Shown here: positions 59,113 to 64,000 of the stretch, piece after piece
How the letters are laid out: each line of letters begins with the position of its first letter
Numbering within the stretch: position 1 is the first letter of the stretch
Origin: Pseudomonas phage HPP-Temi
Sequence record: PP968062.1
Direction: 5' to 3' (one strand)
DNA: 64,000 nt
The notes under the pieces: generated by a model
Told to the model about the DNA's origin: nothing
The model's input: the letters and a program-made list of their open reading frames with translations, nothing else
Databases searched by the model: none
Position numbers and translations under genes: made by a program

Positions 59113-59835
59113 ATGAACGTTAGGCAATTAACTCGTGATGCTCAACGTGTCAACGCGAATCTGATTGAACTGGAAGATGGTGGTATTGCTACTAACCTTC
59201 CATGCAAGATCCAGATCCCTGAACGTTTTGCTGCAAAGAACCTAGCTGTGCTGGGTAGTGAAGTCTTCATCTTCGGGTTCTTCCCGATTATCATGAATGA
59301 AGAGTTCTATGCGGTGAACAACACCATCGCCATGATGCGCATTCTCCCGAGCTCTACTGAACGAGTTGTTGTGGAGAATGAACCTTACTACGAATTCAGT
59401 TTCGAGAAAGGGGACAAAGTTTTCTATTCGACCCATCTGGTAGTTAACGATACGTTGACTTACTACATGTACGACGAGTTCGTATCTAAAGGAAACATTC
59501 CTTGGTACATGAACTACTACGACATGGCTAAGATGTTCGAGACTGCGAAGGAACACGCAGATACCTTCATTGGTGGTCGTTCTATCATCGAGTTGATTAT
59601 CTCTACTATCGCTCGTGATCCGGATGATATGACAAGATTGTATCGCCACATTCTGGCGCGACATGAAGACGTTAAAAATAAACCACCGGTAACCGTGCCT
59701 TTCCGTTCGGTTATCTGGAACACCTCTGATACCACCTCGAAACTTAACGGTGCTTACTTCAGTGACGCTATTAACTCCGCTCTGGTGAACCCCAGCGAGA
59801 AGGTAGAAGTAATTGAAGAACTGTTGAGGACGTAA
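59113..59835 (+). CDS. hypothetical protein
   Basis: 240-aa ORF. Confidence 0.45.
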   Translation: MNVRQLTRDAQRVNANLIELEDGGIATNLPCKIQIPERFAAKNLAVLGSEVFIFGFFPIIMNEEFYAVNNTIAMMRILPSSTERVVVENEPYYEFSFEKGDKVFYSTHLVVNDTLTYYMYDEFVSKGNIPWYMNYYDMAKMFETAKEHADTFIGGRSIIELIISTIARDPDDMTRLYRHILARHEDVKNKPPVTVPFRSVIWNTSDTTSKLNGAYFSDAINSALVNPSEKVEVIEELLRT

Positions 59836-59850
59836 CACGGAGTTGCAGCA

Positions 59851-60684
59851 ATGCATCCTTTGGCACAATCTTCTTTTGGTGTCCAAAATTCTCCGCAGAA
59901 CCAAGTTCGTATCGGTTGCACCATGCTAGCCGGTACAGACAAAAAAGGAATTCTTGCGCCGAATGCGGACGGTTATTACACTGTAGTTCTGGGTGCCTAT
60001 GGTACACATAACTCCGCTGGTATGTTCTATGACGAAGCCAGTGGCGTTGCCATGTTCGATCCGAACTCTTCTTTGATGCGGCGCCTTAAGAAAGGTGTAC
60101 TCTTCATGGAGTTCAAACATCCGGAACCGTTTACAGATCTGATGATCGATGGTCGCGTTGTTCGTCAACCGATGGATGATCGTCAATACCTACAACGTAT
60201 TCGTATGATCGACGATAACCGGGTATGTGCACACATCCGTGCTCTGACTATTGTCCCCGGTAAGAATGAGAATGGTAAGACCGTTAAGATGGTCGTAGGC
60301 GAAGTTAAGCCTTACGGTCCCTTCGGTCACATTTTCAAAGAGTCGCTGGATAACCCGAGTATCAATACTTATTGCTCCGTACGTTCTATCACTCAAGATG
60401 ATGTAATGCGTGGCATCAAGTACACTCGTGAAATCGCCACATGGGACTTCGTAGGTGAAGGCGGTATCTACATCGCTAACAAGTATACCTCTCCTGCACT
60501 GGAAAGCTTCTCTGATACTGAAGTCATCATCACTCCCGCTACCCTGTGGAAGATGGAAGACGAAGCTAAGAAGCGTGCTAACATCGGTATGGAATCTGAT
60601 CCTAACCTTGATGTTACTGACCTGATCCAACAACTAGGTTGGTCTCGTCGTAAGCCTGTACGTGTACCTGCTTACATGCGATAA
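59851..60684 (+). CDS. hypothetical protein
   Basis: 277-aa ORF, last of the plus block, followed by an A-tract+hairpin terminator. Confidence 0.45.
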   Translation: MHPLAQSSFGVQNSPQNQVRIGCTMLAGTDKKGILAPNADGYYTVVLGAYGTHNSAGMFYDEASGVAMFDPNSSLMRRLKKGVLFMEFKHPEPFTDLMIDGRVVRQPMDDRQYLQRIRMIDDNRVCAHIRALTIVPGKNENGKTVKMVVGEVKPYGPFGHIFKESLDNPSINTYCSVRSITQDDVMRGIKYTREIATWDFVGEGGIYIANKYTSPALESFSDTEVIITPATLWKMEDEAKKRANIGMESDPNLDVTDLIQQLGWSRRKPVRVPAYMR

Positions 60685-60702
60685 AAAAAAACAAAGCATA
60701 AA

Positions 60703-60724
60703 GCCCTCTCCAAACGGAGAGGGC
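60703..60724. terminator. hairpin gccctctcc-aaac-ggagagggc after A9 tract
   Basis: Convergent terminator between the plus block end and a minus gene. Confidence 0.6.
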
Positions 60725-60733
60725 GATATGTTG

Positions 60734-61045
60734 TCACGCTACGAAGCCATAAGCTTCTTCATTAACAGGTGGCCAACGTACAAGTGTATGTTTTCCGTTG
60801 ATCTGTTCTTCAGTTACATCTTGACCGTCCAGGTAGACTGATCTCCCGAACACACCTTGGGTTATAAGTTCACGAGCTTTGTTTAAAGCAAGTTTATACT
60901 TATCGACCGAATTATATGCGAGAGTATTACTCACATCATCCAGTGTTATACCTTCAGGTGTAAGGTAATATTCCCGCCCTTCATCAATTGAGAAGATCCT
61001 TATTAATCTCCGGAAGTTCTCGTTAATGAAAGGCCATTTTTTCAT
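60734..61045 (-). CDS. hypothetical protein
   Basis: 103-aa ORF with the promoter-like motif upstream. Confidence 0.4.
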   Translation of the reverse strand: MKKWPFINENFRRLIRIFSIDEGREYYLTPEGITLDDVSNTLAYNSVDKYKLALNKARELITQGVFGRSVYLDGQDVTEEQINGKHTLVRWPPVNEEAYGFVA

Positions 61046-61130
61046 AGGTTCTATCCCATGTGAAGAAAGTCTGAGTTTAACCGAATCAGACGTATCGCAA
61101 ACAGGGTCTGGATGCTGTCACATCCTTCCC

Positions 61131-61150
61131 AATTCACGTTTGTAATATAG
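61131..61150 (-). promoter_or_regulatory. candidate phage promoter motif CTATATTACAAACGTGAATT (minus-strand reading)
   Basis: Plus strand reads aattcacgtttgtaatatag, 19 of 20 identical to 20123-20142. Confidence 0.4.
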
Positions 61151-61182
61151 TTCTCAATTAAGTTAGATTAAGACGGCATATT

Positions 61183-61203
61183 GCCCTCCCTTCTGGGGAG
61201 GGC
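61183..61203. terminator. hairpin gccctccc-ttctg-gggagggc
   Basis: ctttatg arm on the right. Confidence 0.55.
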
Positions 61204-61212
61204 TTTATGTCG

Positions 61213-62337
61213 CTATTGAATAGCAGCATCCGGATAGAACGACTTGATCAGTTCTACAGGATTTTCCATCTTGTAGAAAGGAGCGGTCAGCATTGCTTCA
61301 CGATGAACCTCGCTACTAAGGATCAATGTGTTCGCATCTTCAGAAGCATAGCTTAAGAAGTACAGGTTCCATACCGGCAGACCTTGACGACGAGTAATAA
61401 ACCAATCGGGTTTAAGTTGATTCAAGATACGTACCAAGGTAGCCATCTGGTCAGCGTAATTAGGTCGCTCTTGAGCGCCAGTTGGATCAGGGATAGCTGG
61501 ACCAGTTGGGTTAGCCGGATCAGGAATCATTTTAGGGAATGGACCACCAGGAACACATTCCTCAGGGAAAACGTAGTTCTGTAGCAACTGGGCTGGGAAG
61601 TTAGGGTTCTCAGCAATCAATGCCGATACACCGCCGTGCAACATCAATCTTTCGATTGTGGCAAGGTCAGTACTAGGGCTAATGCCAGCAGAAGCTCGCT
61701 TAACAACAGAGAATCTGAAATCATCATCATAGTCATATTCATACTTGTTGTCCACCCATTTAGCGCCGAATGTTTCATCGACCAGGTCAGGAATACCCCA
61801 AGCCGTAACTTCTTCTACTATACCTTTCATCAGGGCAGCTTCTGCACCCAAATCGAATACACGTAGCAGGGAGTTATTAGTCAGGTCACCCATGAATCCG
61901 ATGATGCTATTCACACCACCGAAGTTACCATCGCGGAAGTAATAGTCCTTTTGATTAAGGACCATCTTCACGCCATCGAGCATGTCTGTAGCTTTGCGTA
62001 CGTAGCCTGTCCCTGTATCCTCGCCTGTGAGCTCTTCCATGATGGATCGCTCAACTTCCGATGCGAGGCCAACGATAGAACCACGAGAGCCTTTAAGCGC
62101 GTCCTGGATGCGGTTACGGGCCATATTCAGATCTATGCCGTTAGACATGATCTTACTACCGATACCTTTAACTACACCAAGAGACTTTTGAATCAGTTCA
62201 TCTGCACCTACACCGAACGCAGTAATCTTAGAAGCCAGTTGGTTCTTCAGATCAGCATTTTGTTCTGTATAGGCATCTACCTCTTTTACTGCGGCATCCG
62301 GCAAACCTGTAAAAGAAGGAATCGCTAGTTGTACCAT
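61213..62337 (-). CDS. hypothetical protein (374 aa)
   Basis: Long ORF with a hairpin 3'. Confidence 0.45.
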   Translation of the reverse strand: MVQLAIPSFTGLPDAAVKEVDAYTEQNADLKNQLASKITAFGVGADELIQKSLGVVKGIGSKIMSNGIDLNMARNRIQDALKGSRGSIVGLASEVERSIMEELTGEDTGTGYVRKATDMLDGVKMVLNQKDYYFRDGNFGGVNSIIGFMGDLTNNSLLRVFDLGAEAALMKGIVEEVTAWGIPDLVDETFGAKWVDNKYEYDYDDDFRFSVVKRASAGISPSTDLATIERLMLHGGVSALIAENPNFPAQLLQNYVFPEECVPGGPFPKMIPDPANPTGPAIPDPTGAQERPNYADQMATLVRILNQLKPDWFITRRQGLPVWNLYFLSYASEDANTLILSSEVHREAMLTAPFYKMENPVELIKSFYPDAAIQ

Positions 62338-62383
62338 TTGAATTTCACCAAAAAAAAATAAGAGTCATACAATGATCGCCATC

Positions 62384-62405
62384 GGGCTCCCCGTTAAGGG
62401 AGCCC
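62384..62405. terminator. hairpin gggctccc-cgttaa-gggagccc after A9 tract
   Basis: Intergenic. Confidence 0.5.
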
Positions 62406-62417
62406 AAGGCAATCGGT

Positions 62418-62795
62418 TTACATACTTGCAGCTACACGCTTAACGATGTTCACCCACTCCTCTTCAGCAGGGGTAATCCCATAAGCAGTCCACACAATCT
62501 GAGTTCGCTTATTCAGCTTGAGTTTCAGCAGAGGATACTTAGCAATACATACGCGCAGGGTCTCCTCCATCTTCTCGTATAGATCAGGGACGTACTTATA
62601 TCGGCTCTCAACACCAGCCTCATCTAGGTTAATCCCACTCAAATACTTGGGATGTGCCTTGTCTGTAATCAGGTACAGACGGAAACCGTTCCAGCTATAG
62701 AAAGCCGTACCGGTCACTGTATACTTAAGCACTGATGAATGGAACTGAAGGACTTCAGGACATTGAGCCGAGCTTAGGTCGATACAGTTTTCCAT
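62418..62795 (-). CDS. hypothetical protein
   Basis: 125-aa ORF. Confidence 0.4.
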   Translation of the reverse strand: MENCIDLSSAQCPEVLQFHSSVLKYTVTGTAFYSWNGFRLYLITDKAHPKYLSGINLDEAGVESRYKYVPDLYEKMEETLRVCIAKYPLLKLKLNKRTQIVWTAYGITPAEEEWVNIVKRVAASM

Positions 62796-62799
62796 TCTT

Positions 62800-63555
62800 T
62801 CACTCCACGATTACAGGATCAGTGATGGTGATCTTGTGGACCGAGTCAGGTAGCGATTCTCTCACCACCGGATCATCAGACCACTTAAGGGTCAGAATGT
62901 ATTCTTCTTTAGCAGGGCGCAGCAAGTGCACACCGCGGCGGAAGTTATTCAGAGATACCCTTGGATCAAGCAGACAACGGCGAAGCGTGTTCACAGCTTG
63001 GTTGATTTCTTTCTGCGACAGGCCTACTACGTTAACAGGGTTTTTCGTATAGTCGTCGAACAGCTTTTCCCACCATGCCTTGATGTCCGGTTTATCTTTC
63101 CCTTCCATTGCAATTACATGCCTGAAAAGATGGGTCATCAAAGTGCCGGCGGGTTTAGCCCCCTCGAATACTTTACAGTCTTCCCACGGGAAACTGTTGG
63201 TAGTCAGAACGTCTTCAGCTTCCTGTGGATCCATGATGATCACATAGGAACTTACGCGCTCATCACGCCAAGTCAGTTTAACCTCAAGCGTCGCGTGAAT
63301 CGGGTTAAGGAAGTCGATTGCCTTCCGGAATGCCGACCATTGCATCGTATCAGACTTCAACGCTTTGTTGAGGTTCCCTTTGTCCTGGTTCCCTTTGTTC
63401 CAGGGCTTCTCAAAGAAAGCATCCTGACGACGGTTCCAGGTACGTTGGTTTACCTTACGCCACAAGAGAACTTCACGGAACAAATAACACGGAATGTCAG
63501 AAGCTCGGAGAGTTCCCTTAAGGGGATCGGAAAGAAGATCTTGTACAGAATCCAT
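62800..63555 (-). CDS. hypothetical protein
   Basis: 251-aa ORF. Confidence 0.4.
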   Translation of the reverse strand: MDSVQDLLSDPLKGTLRASDIPCYLFREVLLWRKVNQRTWNRRQDAFFEKPWNKGNQDKGNLNKALKSDTMQWSAFRKAIDFLNPIHATLEVKLTWRDERVSSYVIIMDPQEAEDVLTTNSFPWEDCKVFEGAKPAGTLMTHLFRHVIAMEGKDKPDIKAWWEKLFDDYTKNPVNVVGLSQKEINQAVNTLRRCLLDPRVSLNNFRRGVHLLRPAKEEYILTLKWSDDPVVRESLPDSVHKITITDPVIVE

Positions 63556-63608
63556 TTTTCATTTACACCTACGGTGATTGGAGAAAGGTTTTCGTGGGTT
63601 CGGTAGAT

Positions 63609-64000
63609 TTACTTCATGGTATCTTCCTTCATGTTTTCAACCAGAGTCTGAGTCAGTACGAGAATGTCATGATAGACACGTCCAAGTACACGACGATAGA
63701 AACTGCTTGTTTGGGTTTCAAGAATCATTGCGTGTTTATCGAGATACGTTTTCAGTTGTGTCAGAGATTCGATCACGTCAACCGAATAGCCCCGAGCATC
63801 TGCAAAGTACTCATCCAGGTTCACTCGGCCAAACTGAGTGAACTCATTCTTACAGATGTGCTCCAATACAGTCTGGTCTCCGGTGGATACCATTGTGTTA
63901 ATTGAATTCATCTGCTCGATCAAATGGGTAATGTTGTTATGCCGTAACTCCATATTGATCGCCATCATGTCTCGTGGAGTAATGGAACGGAATGCTTCCA
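63609..64000 (-). CDS. hypothetical protein, 5' end beyond window
   Basis: The frame stays open upstream of the annotated Met to the window edge. Confidence 0.35.
   Translation of the reverse strand, partial: EAFRSITPRDMMAINMELRHNNITHLIEQMNSINTMVSTGDQTVLEHICKNEFTQFGRVNLDEYFADARGYSVDVIESLTQLKTYLDKHAMILETQTSSFYRRVLGRVYHDILVLTQTLVENMKEDTMK

Overview
The window looks like part of a large tailed-phage genome. It is gene-dense with mostly minus-strand gene arrays and two plus-strand blocks (28.9-34.5 kb and 50.8-60.7 kb), and I see no rRNA, tRNA or CRISPR. All calls are from reading the translations and DNA; I ran no searches.

Recognisable content:
- At the left edge, a NAMPT/NadV-like gene (truncated by the window) sits next to a PRPP-synthetase-family gene.
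- An RtcB RNA ligase lies next to a Pol-beta-type nucleotidyltransferase.
- A thymidylate-synthase-family enzyme carries three large insertions.
- Other enzymes are an NAD-dependent DNA ligase (LigA), a dCTP deaminase, a QueC-like PP-loop ATPase, an AAA+ ATPase, a dual-specificity phosphatase and a macro-domain protein.
- The first plus-strand block holds an SNF2-family helicase and a 1016-aa protein.
- A thymidylate kinase has a long acidic tail.
- A virion-like block ends in a 2263-aa protein with a C-terminal lytic-transglycosylase domain.
- A multisubunit-RNA-polymerase locus has a beta-prime N-terminal fragment (NADFDGD-like motif) followed by a beta-like gene that is split by a group I intron. 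The intron carries recognisable P/Q/R/S core elements.

About 22 GC-rich hairpins with CGAA-type loops, often flanked by CATAAAG/CTTTATG arms and A/T tracts, sit in the intergenic gaps and look like bidirectional intrinsic terminators. A conserved AT-rich motif (ctATATTACaaa on the transcribed strand) recurs upstream of several minus-strand genes and may be a phage early promoter.

The split RNAP, giant lysin-domain virion protein and promoter motif fit a phiKZ-like jumbo phage, but that is an inference. The leads I rate highest are the NadV+Prs pair as a possible NAD+ reconstitution (NARP1-like) anti-defence module, the intron in the RNAP beta gene, the ThyA homologue as a possible dUMP hydroxymethylase, and the RtcB+NTase RNA-repair pair.
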